A stretch of DNA of 64,000 bases from the NCBI GenBank assembly GCA_038087875.1, contig CM075988.1, positions 20,338,001 through 20,402,000 on the forward strand. The letters are read 5' to 3'. Source of the DNA: Malacoraja senta. Lineage: Eukaryota. Below are positions 11,778-23,887 of the stretch, in pieces (within the stretch, counting starts at the first letter, position 1; each line of letters begins with the position of its first letter). A model generated the notes under the pieces. It was given only the letters and a program-made list of their open reading frames with translations. It was not told where the DNA came from and searched no databases. The translations under genes were made by a program, and so were the position numbers.

Positions 11778-13805
11778 CTAGCCTCGGTTTAATTGATTGT
11801 TCAATAATCTTATGGCCTGGGGGATGAAGCTGTTGCAGAACCTGATTGTCCCGCTCTTCATGCTGCGGTACCTCCTCCCAGAGTTAAGCAGTATAAACAG
11901 TCCAAATTGTGGGTGTGTGGGGGCTTTGGTAATGCCCTTAGCTCTACTCAGACAGCGCTTGTACCCCATGTCCATGATGGAAGGAAGAGAAGTCCCAATG
12001 ATTTTTTCCGCTGTCCTCACCACTCTCTGAAGGCACTTCCAGTCTGCAGCTGTACAGCTGCCGCACCACGTAGAGATACAGCCGGTCATGACCGACTCAA
12101 TTGTGCTTCTGTAGAAAGTGGCGAGGATGGGAGGGTGGAGGTGTAAACTTCTCAACCTGCGGAGGAAGTACAACCGCTGATGTGCCCGTTTTGCCAGAGA
12201 TGTAATGTTAGTGGACCAGTTTAAGGTGTCCGTTATATGCACCCCCAGGAACTTGATGCTTTTCACCTGCTCCACTGCTGAGTTGTTGATGCAAAGTGAA
12301 GTGTGACTGGGCTGAATTTTCCTTCTGAAATCGACTACAATCTCCTTGGTTTTGTTGCCATTTAGGAGAAGGTTGTTCCTGCTGCACCAGCTCACCAGCT
12401 GTTCCACCTCCTCTCTATATGCCTGGTCGTCGTTATTGCGGATGAGGCCCACTACTGTTGTGTCATCCGCGTATTTGATGATATGGTTAGTGGTGGACCT
12501 GGCGACACAGTCATGTGTCATCAATGTAAAGAGCAGCGGACTCAGGACACAGCCTTGAGGGGAGCCGGTGCTCAGTTTGATGACAGAGGAGGTGTTCTTC
12601 CCCACCCGCACAGACTGGGGTCTTTCGGAAAGGAAATCCAGGATCCAGTTGCATAGTATGGTATTGAAACCTAGGGGTGCCAGTTTGCTCACCAGATGCT
12701 GGGGGATTATCGTGTTAAATGCTGAGCTGAAATCAACAAACAGCATCCGCACTTGGGTATTCTTCTCCTCCAGGTGTTGTAGGCTCAGGTGGACTGCAGA
12801 GGAGATTGCATCCTCTGTGGAGCGGTTCGGGCGATAAGCAAACTGGAACGGGTCAAAACTGGAGGGGAGTTTTGAGACCATGTGCTGCTTAATAAGCCTC
12901 TCAAAGCACTTCATTATTATTGGTGTGAGTGCTACGGGGCGGTAATCATTTAGGCAGGTTATTGTAGACTTTTTGGGAACTGGTATGATGGTAGCTGTCT
13001 TGAAACATGATGGAACAATGGCCTGGTTCAAGGAGATGTTAAAAATGTCTGTCAGAACCAGAGCCAGCTGGTCGGCACATCCCCTGAGAAGACGCCCCGG
13101 TATGTTATCCGGTCCGGCTGCCTTTCGCTGGTCAATGCCCTCCAGGATTCTGCGGACTTCAGCAGTTTCAAAAGACAGTGCCTATTCTCCCGGTTGTGGC
13201 TCTAATTTCCTCACTGTAGTGGTGTTCAGTGCTTCAAACCTGCCGAAATAATTATTTAGTTCATTTAGAAAGTCTGTGTCATCCTTACAGGACATCTGAG
13301 GGGCCTTGTAGTTAGTTATGGCCCGGATGCCTTTCCACATGTTCCTGGTGTTGGTATTATCCTGGAAGAAACCCTGGATTTTCTGTCCATGGGCGCGCTT
13401 TGCTTTCCTAATTTCGCGGTTGAGGTTGGCTCTCGCTGTTCTCAGAGCCCCCGGATCACCAGATTTAAAAGCCGCATTTCGTGCTTTCAGCATGGCACGC
13501 ACCTCTGCAGTAATCCAAGGTTTGTGGTTGGCCCGGGTTGTGATGTTCCTGATGACAATGACGTCCTCCATGCATTTCTGTATGTATCCCGACACCGACA
13601 TGGCATACTCATCCACATTGATGTTTTGGTTGTGAGTGGCTGCTGACCTGAACATGTCCCAGTCCGTGCACTCAAAACAGTCCTGGAGTGCTTCTGTAGC
13701 TCCCTCAGGCCAGACTCTAACTTGCTTCACAGTGGGTTTCTCTCTGATCAGCAGGGGCTTATAGGCTGGGATGAGCATTACAGAGAGGTGGTCAGAGGAG
13801 CCAAA
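11778..13805 (-). pseudogene. Rex1/Babar ORF (endonuclease C-terminus plus RT) with one in-frame stop
   Basis: ORFs 13182..14141 and 11778..13031 are in the same frame, separated only by TAG at 13182-13184; the frame continues [31 protein letters not shown] motifs [46 protein letters not shown]. The part of ORF 13182..14141 upstream of about 13806 is flanking DNA. Confidence 0.9.
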
Positions 13806-14149
13806 AGAGACTGCAGTTGCTGAATTCTGGACTGCCGCAATGCTGGACGAACTTGCGGGTCTGGTGTTAGGCCGAAGGGCATGTTTCCACACTGTGTGAC
13901 TGAGTGTATGAACTTGGCAGGGAATGCTGCTGACTGGTGAAGGAGAGCCTGCTGAGGGGCGCACTGAAGCTTGGTGCGACCAATGCAAAGAAAGTGGGGA
14001 AGGCGAATTGTGTAGTGCCTGTTGTCGTTGGACAGTGGTGGACTGGGCAGTGTGTAACAGTTTCTCATTGCCGCCTATTTGAAGAGGAAATAGCGGTGAT
14101 ATTGATATCTTGTAAGAGAATATATAGATTAGATGAGACAATTTAATTT

Positions 14150-14545
14150 AGTAAACTGGCCCTTCGGCCAGCAATTACCCATACACTAGCTCTGTCCTAT
14201 GCACTAGGGACAATTTACCGAAGCCAATTAACCTTCAAACCTGCACGTCTTTGGAATGTGGGAGGAAACCGGAGCACCTACAATACAGACTGCACCAACC
14301 AGCGATCCCCGCACATTAACACTATCCTACACACACTAGGGACAATTTACACTTATACCAAGCCAACTTACCTACATACCTGTACGTCTTTGGAGTGTGG
14401 GAAGAAACCGAAGATCTCGGAGAAAACCCAGGAGGTCACGGGGAGAAAGTACAAACTCCGTACAGACTGCACCCATAGTCCGGATTGAACCCGGGTCTCT
14501 GGCGCTGTAAGGCAGCAACTCTACTGCTGTACCACCATGCCGTTG
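14150..14545 (-). mobile_element. Two abutting HE1-type V-SINE copies (one partial)
   Basis: Repeated cactagggacaattta / tctttgga(a/g)tgtggga motifs; head ends at about 14545 (gcagcaactctactgctgtaccaccatgccg). Confidence 0.8.
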
Positions 14546-14799
14546 TACTGTTGTATTGCCATTCAATCTTGCGGTGTTTTTACAGAGCAAGTCGCCCAAT
14601 AGTACATGGGAAATTTCATCAACATGAATTGACCTTGATGCGTGTGCAGGAAGGTGGGCATGTGAACAAACCACCTTTGGCTCTTGTGGAAGTAAATGTC
14701 CTCCTTTCAATGCTATATACAGGCCCTTTAGTCCACAATGTATGTGACCAACATGATGGCAAGTTATTGAGTCAAATAGCTCGCCTCTCGCTACAGCTC

Positions 14800-15090
14800 A
14801 TCTCAATTCCTGGCAGCATCCTCAAACCTTCTCTGCACTCTTTTCAGCTTAACATCATTCCTATAGCAGGGTGTCTAACATTGAATATAATACTCCAAAT
14901 GCAGCCTCACCAACCTCTCGTACAACTGCAACATAACATCTCGGCTTCAATACTCGGTAGCCAGACTGATGAAGGCCAATGTATCAAGAGCTTTCTTGAC
15001 CACCTATCTACTTGTGATGCCACTTACAAGGAGCTACGTTGAACTCCTTGGCCTGCATGTGATCCATATCCCTCCATGCTCTGTACCTAT
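14800..15090 (-). mobile_element. CR1-family LINE fragment (older subfamily)
   Basis: aattcctggcagcatcctc...ctctgcactcttttca...tactccaaatgcagcctcaccaac is antisense CR1 ORF2. Confidence 0.6.
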
Positions 15091-15104
15091 CTGTGTCTCA
15101 TGGT

Positions 15105-15770
15105 GGAAACTAAGAACTGCAGATGTTTTTCAATGCACAAAAGGACACAAAGTGCCGGAGTAACTCTGCGGGCCAGGCATCATCTCTGGCAAATGACCTT
15201 GAGCAGTGCGGTGCCTGGTAATCCCATTGTAGGCTAGGAAAGGTGTGATCTCAAGAGGGAAACAATGTGGAGAACTGGTAAAATAACTAGGGTGGTGGGA
15301 GGGGGAAAGAGAGTAAGTAGAAGTTACTTAAAATTAGAGAATTCAATGAACGAAATTTCGTTGAACCTTGGTGTTAAATGACAATAAATGGCATTCTAAA
15401 TGAATTTAGAATTTAGAATTCTAAATTCTAAATTCATACCTCAGGGTTGCAAGCTCCCCAGGGAAATGTTCCTCCAGTTTGCACGTGGCCTCACTCTGGC
15501 AATGGAGGAGACCCAGGACCGAAAGGTCAATATGGGAATGGAAAGGAGAGTTGAATGGCCTTACTAGGAACCTCCCTGCCTGAGGTCGTTTGTGGCTGGC
15601 TCTGATTTGGTCCTGGTCTTTTCTCGCCTCCAGCTCTTCACCACCTCCTCCCCTACCTCCCACCCCATACTTACAGGCTAAAGAAGGGTCTCGACCCAAA
15701 ACGTCACCCATCCTTTTTCTCCAGAGACGCTGCCTGACCAATTGAGTTATTCCAGCACTTTGTGTCCTTT
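15105..15770. mobile_element. Rearranged Penelope-like element: inverted pseudo-LTRs around a minus-strand GIY-YIG C-terminal fragment
   Basis: ORF 15421..15741 minus contains FNSPFHSHIDLSVLGLLHCQSEATCKLEEH; pLTR in minus orientation at 15105-15190 and plus orientation at 15675-15770. Confidence 0.75.
15349..15437 (+). mobile_element. Extremely 5'-truncated Rex1-type tail ending in a perfect 38-bp palindrome
   Basis: aacgaaatttcgttg...aatgacaataaa, then ATGAATTTAGAATTTAGAATTCTAAATTCTAAATTCAT (15400-15437); it interrupts the Penelope sequence gaattcaatg|ttcatacc. Confidence 0.7.
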
Positions 15771-16610
15771 AATGTCTCAATGATTCTCCAATAAGTATCC
15801 AGAAATAGAAAATGACCGACACTCCAAATGCTGGATGTTCCTGGAACTGTGGCAAGACTGGCGATGTTGGATGTGAGCAGTCCTTGTGCTGCATCAACAT
15901 GCTGTGATCATTTACGGTGCAAGCAGGCAGAGTTTGCGTCACTCGGAGTGAGTCTGCCTATATATGTGTCTTCTGCTGTGTGCAATTACATTTAATATAT
16001 CTCTAAGAGCCATTACAGATTTCGGGAATCAAGAGGCTGTTTATCAAAAAATAACACGTCTTCTTAAGTAATCTCCTAAAGATTACAAGTATTGAACTTC
16101 ATCATGCAATCCCATAGTGAAATATTTGTTTACAACTCAAGTGACTGGAGAATTTTTTTTGAGAATGTCTCTGTATATTGCTTTCTTTGCTGGGTCAGGT
16201 ACTACTAACGGAACAACAGATTAGGAGCTGTGCAAAATCTCTGCAATGGGTGGTGGCCTGCAGAACACGAGAACAGGAAAGGAGTAGGCCAAGCAAACTA
16301 GGATATAACTGTTCACTTTTATATGAATACTAGACTAAGTGGGACCCATGTTCACATGGGAGGGCTGGTCCCCCAACGCAATATTCCACCTCTCCACCAA
16401 TTCCAATATTGGTGGCCAGTGGGGGGGGGGGGGAGGGGGGGGCTTTCTGGAGCGCTGGTATGGGTGTTGTGGGCTCAGAGGGCTAGTATGGACATTGTGG
16501 GCCAAATGGATTCTTGGGGTGGCAGTTCAGTCCCTCAAGCCTAATGTGCTGGCAGCTCACTCACGGCTGGTGGGCTGGCAGTTGACTCACGGCTATTCCT
16601 TGAAATTCCA

Positions 16611-16816
16611 TTTCAAGCAGAGTGCAAGGCCACCAAATTCAAGTGCAGTTTCATACCACTTCAAGCAGGGTGCAAGGCCACCAAATTCAGGTGCAGTTTC
16701 CTACCACTTCTAGCAGGGTGCAAGGCCACCGAATTCAAGTGCAGTTTCCGACCACTTCAAGCAGGGTGCAAGGCCACCACATTCAAATGCAGTTTCATAC
16801 CATTTCAAGCAGGGTG
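16611..16816. repeat. 48-bp minisatellite, about 4.3 copies, inside the Helitron
   Basis: Unit cttcaagcagggtgcaaggccaccaaattcaggtgcagtttcctacca starting at 16611, 16659, 16707, 16755 and 16803. Confidence 0.95.
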
Positions 16817-17204
16817 AAACCACCATAAAACCACCATAAAACCACACAAAACACACTCACAGTTCAGTAGACATTCAGTATGTTCTGTTGATTCACAGCT
16901 CAAGAGTCGTGACCTCTCCCTCCCCATCATGTAGAGACTGAGCCACACCCACACTTCCGGGTTTTATAATCCCTCCCCCTCCCACCAGAAAAGGTGTGGC
17001 CTTCATGGCGTGATTGAATGGAGAGAGATTCTCAACATTTTTTAAACACTAATAACACTTTTATTTTTCATTGATGGGAAGAATCCTCTGCGCCTAATGA
17101 GCGGAGGGGGACTGAGTAAGATGGCCAAAAATCACAGCCATAGGTGGTAGCGTTTTATCTAAAATCAATATACAGTGCAAACAGGAAGTTGTCAAGTTTA
17201 GACT

Positions 17205-17335
17205 TTCAACCCAAGCCCCTACCAACCATTTGCATTGCCTTTACTTCAACCCAAGACCCCACCAACCATTTGCAGTGCTTTTACTTCAACCCAAGCCCAC
17301 ACCAACCATTTGCAGTGCTTTTACTTCAAACCAAC
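17205..17335. repeat. 40-bp minisatellite, about 3.3 copies, inside the Helitron
   Basis: Unit ttcaacccaagcccc(t/a)accaaccatttgcagtgcttttac. Confidence 0.9.
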
Positions 17336-17853
17336 CACATTTTCATTTTCAAACCACATTAAGGGCACTCAAGGTCAGTAAAACCACACTCACAGTTTAG
17401 TAGACATGTGTTCAGTGTTATTCACAGCTTAGACTGAGAGACGTGACCCTCTCACTTCCCCCATCTTGCAGAGACTGACTGAGGCACAAGACTTTCGGGT
17501 TTTATAGTCCCTCTCCCTCCCAGCAGGGGCAGCAGAGAGAATCTCAACATTTTTTAAACATTAATAATTCTTTTATTCTTCATCGATGGGAAAAATCCTC
17601 TTGTCCTGCATAGCGGAGGAGGACTCTGAGTAAGATGGCCAAAAATCACAGCCGTAAGTCGCAGTGTTTTTTCTAAAATCATGAAACAGAAAAACAGGAA
17701 GTGGTCAAGGTCAGACTTTTAGTAATATAGATACATGCAACATTTTATATTCAATTCTGATCTTGGGAGCTGTCTGTATGGCGTCTGTATGTTCGCCATG
17801 TGACAATTTGGGTTTGCTCCCACATCCGAAAGACGTGCGGGTTTGTAGATTAA

Positions 17854-18333
17854 AGGGGCTGTCCCACTGCGGCGACCTAATCCACGAGTTCAGGCGAGTG
17901 TTCCCTCGACTCATACTCGCAGCATGGTCGACACAAGGTCCTAGGAGGTCTTTGTAACTCTCCTTCATGCTCGAGTAGTCCCCGCGTACTCGAGGCCTCA
18001 GCTAGGTTGCGGCGTATTTTTCAACATGTTAAACAAAGGTCGCCATGGAAAAAATCGATACTTTTTTTACTCTAGGTTTAGTCAATGTAGGTCGTAGCAG
18101 GTCGGCATGTTATTCGTAGGTAATCGAGGGTAGTCGAAGGAAGTCATACATAGTCTTCAACATAGTGGAAGGAGATCGAAGGAGGTCATCTTCACTCTCC
18201 ACTATTCGGTGTCCAATTTTCCCGAAACTAGTCTTCAACATTATTGAAGGAGGTCTTCACCATGACATTTTTTTCAAACTCTCCTAAACTCTTCTAAACT
18301 TGCCAATTAGGTCGCCGCAGTGGGACAGTCCCT
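17854..18333. mobile_element. PIF/Harbinger-type MITE (subfamily A) inserted in an HE1 SINE
   Basis: TIRs AGGGGCTGTCCCACTGCGGCGACCTAAT / ATTAGGTCGCCGCAGTGGGACAGTCCCT; flanks TAA / TTA; splits the SINE at gtagat-taa-ttg. Confidence 0.88.
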
Positions 18334-18653
18334 TTATTGTCCCTCTGTAAATTAGTTGTGTGAGTGAGTGATAGAATCAAAGATCAAGAGTGATTTATTG
18401 TCAAATGTACCAAAACAGAATGATGACATTCTTTCAGGCAGCAGTTTGTAGACTCCGTACTGAATAAATAATATAATAAACACACATCAAAAACTACATA
18501 AAAAAAGAATAATGTGTAAAATAAAATAAAAGCCCGTAGTCCTAATGCAATAAAGGCAGTTTGTAGTTCGGAGTATATACTGAAGTCATTTTTTGTTTGT
18601 TATGGTGTTTACAAAGTACCCTATCTACAAACCTGTTGCACTGCCGCATGTAA

Positions 18654-18939
18654 TGGCCCTGTCCCACTGTACGAGTTCATTCAAGTGCTCTCCCGAGTTT
18701 AAAAAAAAAATCAAATTCGTGGTAAGCACGTAGAATGAACGTAGCGGGTACGTCGGAGCTCGGGGACGTCTCTTAGTGGCTCGTAACGCTAACGGCAGGT
18801 AAGCTCGGGAAGTTTGTTGAAAAATGTCCACGAGAGCCCCGCGTACCCCACGAGTGGCCATTATTGTAAATCTCCGAGTTCGAATCAGGGCAAACTCGGG
18901 GAGAACTCTTGAATGAACTCGTACAGTGGGACAGGGCTT
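18654..18939. mobile_element. PIF/Harbinger-type MITE (subfamily B)
   Basis: ~46-bp TIRs GCCCTGTCCCACTGTACGAGTTCATTCAAG...; perfect TAA TSD at 18651-18653 and 18940-18942. Confidence 0.9.
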
Positions 18940-18989
18940 TAAGAATGTTTTTGTTCTTGTTCGTGACATATGACAATAAGACACCTTTG

Positions 18990-19420
18990 CCTCTTGAGTT
19001 GGAGTTCATTGTGTTCAATAGCCTAATGATTGTTGGGACAAAGCTATTCCTGAACCTGGCTGTTAATTTTCAGGCTCCTGTATTTTCTTCCCAATGGCAG
19101 GAGTGAAACATGAGCGTGGCAAGGCTGGTGTGGCCTTTTTGAGTCAGTACATCCTTCAGATCCCTTCGATGGTGGGAGGCCAGTACCCGTGGTGCACTGG
19201 ATAGTGTCTATCACTCTCTGCAATCTCCTTCATTCCTGCACACTCTAGATGCTGTACCAGGCCATGATGCACCCAGTCAAAGTGCTCTCTATCATATACC
19301 AGTAGAAATTCAAAAGTGTGTTCATCGACATACCGAACCTCCGCAATCTACTGAGGAAGTAGAGGTATTAATGATATTTCTTTATGATTGCATCAATGTG
19401 CTGGGTCCAGGACAGATCTG
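18990..19420 (-). mobile_element. Degraded Rex1-type LINE C-terminal fragment
   Basis: Antisense of the [16 protein letters not shown] and SGRRYRS...RFRNSF segments. Confidence 0.65.
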
Positions 19421-20182
19421 GAGGGTTTTGAAGATAGGTGGGGAGAATGAAAAGTGGGGTTGATATAGGGCAAATGTAAATGGTTGATGGTTAACAGGGA
19501 CTTGTAGGACTGAATGGGCAGTTTCTGTGCTGTAATTCTTCATAAATCCAAATAATGGCCAAAATGCTCTGATTTATTTTTCCAGCATGTAATTCTATTG
19601 CATTCCAGTGGACGGCAATGTTGTCTTTGCTTTTGATTTGAGTCCATGAAAAGTTGACGGTTATTTCAAAGGAAATCTTTGAAAACTTGTTGCTGTTACT
19701 TATATTCAATGTGAGAATATCACTAAATTAAAAGTACATCTGAGGCTGATTATTACATTTTAACTATTTTCAAATCGTCTGTGAAACCCTCAGAGGATAG
19801 AGGGATGCAAAGCTACAAGGAGATAAGTGGATTGAGAATGTGGTTTCATCTGTTTGCCAAGCTTTTAGCATTAACTAATGAAGTTATGCAAATCAAAACG
19901 TTTGCAACAGTGAGTAACTAGCTTTCTTTTGTAAAAAAGGACCATAACAAATCTAGGCATTTTTGATGAATTGCCACAGCAAAATAGCAAGGGATTTGAA
20001 GGTGTATGATTCCATTTTCCGCAGAGTCAAGATAGTTTTGCTCAGGTTCCCAGGAATTAAATACACTGTGACTGATTGTGTGGTATGGTAGCCCTATCTC
20101 AGTCAGGCTGATCAGGCCCCTGCAATGTTGAAGTAACAGGCTTGGGTTGTCAATCCTCCGCAAATTGTGGTTCTGTACATGA

Positions 20183-20485
20183 GAGTGGCGCAGTGGTAGA
20201 GTTGCAGCCTCACAGCGCCAGAGACCTGGGTTCGATCCTGACTATGGGTGCTGTCTTTATGGAGTTTTACGTTTCCCCCATGACCCGTGTGGGTTTTCTC
20301 CGGGCGCTCCAATTTCATCCCATACTCCAAAGAATTACAGTGTTGTAGGTTAATTGACTTTGGTTAAATAAAAAATATAAACTTTGGTAAAATAGTGTGG
20401 GATTGTGCTGCTTACGGGGTGATCGCTGGTCAGAGTGGACATGGTTGGCTGAAGGGCCTGTTTCCATGCTGTATCTCTAAAGTCT
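20183..20485 (+). mobile_element. HE1-type V-SINE
   Basis: gtggcgcagtggtagagttgcagcctcacagcgccagagacctgggttcgatcctgac head; CR1-like tail. Confidence 0.88.
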
Positions 20486-21404
20486 AACGTTGTCAGCTCT
20501 TCAGCGAGCTTTGTATCCACATCGAGAGAGAGGGAGCTGTTGCGACTATCTTGTCAGTTTTCAAAGTGAATAGGTTTTTCCCAAGTGAATTAGTCCCACT
20601 AGAGAAGGGTCACCAGAGAAACTGTTTGAACACAAAGCAACTGCTTAGAGGGGGATGGGAGGAGGATTAGAGTGCAGCGGACAGACTGGGCCCAGATTTG
20701 ATGCGGTATCGGGGCATTACATTTAAAGCCAGAGACCTGCACAGCGTGGAAACGAACCCTTCAGTCCAACTTGTCCATGCCATCCAAGATGACCCTGTGC
20801 CTGGCCCATTTTCCCCCAAAACCTTTATTATCCATCTCTTGTGTGAAAATAGACACAAAATGCTGGAGTAACTCAGCAGGTCAGGTAGCATCTCCAGAGT
20901 CTAGAGAAGTTGTTTTGGGTCAGAACCCTTTTTCTTGGTCCTGCCTCAGCTAGCTCCTCCGGCAGCTCATTCCGTACACCTTTGTGTGGAAAAAAACGTT
21001 GCCACTCGGGTTTCAATTAAATCTTTCCGCTCTCACCTTAAGCCTATGCACTCTAGTTCTTGAGTTGCCTAACCTGGGTAAAATATTCTCCCTATAGGGT
21101 GTACCTAGGACCATACCCTGGGAAAAAGACTGTGCATTCGCCCTATATTTTGAGGGGGAATCTTCTTGTCTTGGGATGAACACAACTCTTCAGTGACTGG
21201 AGGGTCAGGAAGTCGCTTTGAGTTTAGCATCCGGTATCTTGGCATCTATTGACGAGAGCACTAAAATAGATCAGTCGTGAGCTAAGCTAGGTTAACTTAA
21301 CCATTCCCCATCAAGTAAATATTAACTGGTGTATGTAATGGGAAAAAGAGAATATACAAAGTCTTTGCATGCACATCTTTAGATTCTAATCAGGCACATT
21401 AGAC

Positions 21405-21750
21405 AGCACAGGAACACGCTATGTCCAAGCATGAAGCCAAGTTAAACTAATTTTCTCTGCCTGTAGTGATCCACTCCCTGCATATCCATGTGCCTATCAA
21501 AATGCCTCTTGAAGGCTCCTATCGAAGCTGCTTCCACCGCCATCCCTGGCAGCATGTTCCAGGCGCCCACCATTGTGTGTTTAAAAAAACAAAACTTGTC
21601 CTGCGCATCTTCTGTGAAGTTTGCTGCTCTCACCTCAAGTCTTTGACATTTCCACCCTGGGAAAAGGATTTTGTTTATCCTATCTCATAAATTTTAAAAC
21701 TTCTATCAGATCTTCCCTTAGCCTCCAGCAACCAGTGAAAACAATCCAAG
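21405..21750 (-). mobile_element. CR1 LINE 3' fragment
   Basis: ORF 21442..21633 minus contains VGAWNMLPGMAVEAASIGAFKRHFDRHMD. Confidence 0.8.
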
Positions 21751-22435
21751 TCTACTGCACAGTGCTCCCAATGTGGCCTCTTTTATATCGGCGAGACGTG
21801 AGCGTTTTGCCGAACACTTGCACTCGCTGTGCCAAGGCCTGCTGCATATCCTGGTTGCTAACCATTTTAACTCCCCTTCCCAGTCCCACACTGACCTTTC
21901 ATGTTGTTGGCTACCTCCATTGCCAGAGTGAGGCCACACACAAGCTGGAGGAACAGCGCCTCGTATTCCAAATGGGAAGCTTATAACCTAACAGTATGAA
22001 CATTGAATTATCTGATTTTTGGTAAACAACTTTCCCTTTCCTCCCCCCCCCCCCCCTGTCCCTTCCTTGTGCCCCACATGGATGTGCACCCATTTCTCAC
22101 TTTTGCTTACACCCCCTCCCCATTACCTTCCACCCAGATCCCCCCCACTGGCTTCACATTTCACTCCTTTTCTATCATTTCCTTATCTTACACTTTTTGT
22201 CTTTTCATTTCTGGCCTTTGTCCAACTCAAAACCTGCTAAACAAACCCCCCCCTCGCCTCTATCCATCTATCATTTTCCAGGCTTTGTCCCACTCCTCCT
22301 CTCTGTCTGCTTTCTCTCCCCCTCCCTCACTACAATCAGTCTGAAGGAGGGTCCTGACCCGAAAAAGTTGCCTATCCATGTTCTCCAGGGATGGTGCCTG
22401 ACCCGCTGAGTTATTCCAGCATTTTGTGTTCTTTG
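21750..22435 (+). mobile_element. Penelope-like element 3' part: degraded GIY-YIG endonuclease, pyrimidine-rich UTR and pseudo-LTR
   Basis: gtctactgc...caatgtggcctcttttatatcggcgagacg encodes VYC..QCGLFYIGET; then VANHFNSPS and LHCQSEATHKLEEQRLVFQMGSL; ends with the cagtctgaag...gacccgaaa pLTR. Confidence 0.85.
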
Positions 22436-22949
22436 TTATGGCCAATATAGACATCACACATACTCGGCACAAATACTTCACACGTGGTGCTTTGTACTTC
22501 CTTCTCTTCACATTGCTTTTTAAAAGGTTTATTGATAATTCTGTTCGCAAGGATTTTCAATAAACATTATTAGGATTTGACGCTCTTGTCTCATGTTGAG
22601 TTGATGGCCACTGTGCATTGTAAGGGGATATGAGAATAATATAGATATGGTTAGGGCCACCACAGGCAAGGTTAAGCACATTAAATCAATTATTTCCACC
22701 CAACACCATAAAATCCAGTGAGGAATACCTGCCGATTCGTGTACCTCCAGTCTCTGGAAGGATTGAGACAATTTAAAGGTCTTCATGCTTATTTAAATCG
22801 ATTAGGTTATGCTGCCTCAAGCACTCGTCCACAAAATTGGTGCTAACTTGCTAAAAGACAACTTCCTGTGGAAGGTGAAAGTATTTCCTGAATCGAAATG
22901 TGACTGTTCAGTGTGAAGAATGGATGTGCAGTGTTGAGGTCAGATGCTC

Positions 22950-23235
22950 AGATTCGAGATACAGCATGGAAATGGGCCCCATGTCCCACTGAGTCCGTAC
23001 CAACCATCGATCACCTTGTACACTAACTTTATGCTACATACTAAGGACAATTTACAGAAGCCCATTAACTTACAAACTTCCATGTCTTTGGAATGTGGGA
23101 GGAAACCGGTGCTCCCGGGGAAAACCCACGTGGTCACGGGGAGAATGTACAAACTCCGTACAGGCAACACCCGCTGACAGGATAGAACCCGGATCTCTGG
23201 TGCTGTGGGGAAGCAACTCTACAGCTGTGCCCTGC
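22950..23235 (-). mobile_element. HE1-type V-SINE
   Basis: Antisense V-domain and head (agaacccggatctctggtgctgtggggaagcaactctac). Confidence 0.85.
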
Positions 23236-23887
23236 CCTGTTCTCATTGACAATTTTGGCTGTGTGGCTCCAATGTGAGTATTGGTCCAGCGCATAAATCT
23301 GGGAGTGAGAAACTGACTTTGAAGTGGAGTACATTGTTTGGCCCCAATAAGGTTTGGTTTAGTTTAGAGACATAGCATGGAAACAGGCCCTTCAGTCCAC
23401 CAGGTCCATGCCAACCATCGATCGATCACCCGCTCACTCTAGTTCTATGTTATCCCACTTTCTCATCCAATCCCTACACACTTGTGGAACTTTGGGAGAT
23501 CAAATGTAAGGGGAAAATTATGTTGCGCTGCATTCTGAGAATATATAAGATACATAAATGATTGACCAGATCATTGTGGGGCAGTGACATGGATAGGTGT
23601 TTTGATGGAATTTGATACCTGTACCTGTCTTTATCAAAACACCAAACTAAAAGTTCATAAAGGAGAGATGAAGAAACACTTTTAGTGTAGATTCTCCCAA
23701 CAAATACTAATGTTTAATGCTAATCATGATCAGCCATGATCACATTGAATGGCTCTGCTGGCTCGAAGGGCCGAATGACCTACTCCTGCATCTATTTTCT
23801 ATGATTCTAATTTACTGTCTGAGATTGATATGGCATTCATTTGTCATCAGACTAGATTTGTTTTAATAGTTGTGGCTTTGAGTGAAA

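Larger units (their letters stand above)
11621..13806 (-). mobile_element. Rex1/Babar-type LINE, 5'-truncated, about 2.2 kb
   Basis: Starts at the end of the APE endonuclease domain (FGSSDHLSV), has a full RT domain, a 3' UTR with stem-loop and AATAAA, and a (TTCA)11 tail at 11621-11664. Confidence 0.92.
16330..17731 (-). mobile_element. Complete non-autonomous Helitron (1402 bp)
   Basis: Minus strand begins A|TCTATATTACTAAAAG at 17731 and ends CCCATGTGAACATGGG-tcccacttagt-CTAG|T at 16330: 5' TC, 3' CTAG, a 16-nt hairpin 11 nt upstream of CTAG, insertion between A and T, no TSD. No Rep/Hel coding seen. Confidence 0.9.

Noticed and set aside
12346..13646. Plus-strand ORFs overlapping the Rex1 element (and minus-strand ORFs over 35107-36630)
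   Set aside because: They are antisense shadows of the RT reading frame.
13807..14141. N-terminal half of the 319-aa ORF as part of the LINE protein or a host-LINE fusion
   Set aside because: Similarity to Rex1 starts only at FGSSDH. The upstream sequence includes a CR1/SINE tail remnant and unique DNA, so the open frame is most simply chance read-in.
16611..16816. Regular repeats as a CRISPR array or a repeat protein (ORF 16622..16828)
   Set aside because: The units are contiguous with no unique spacers, there are no cas genes, and the context is eukaryotic; it is a Helitron-internal minisatellite.
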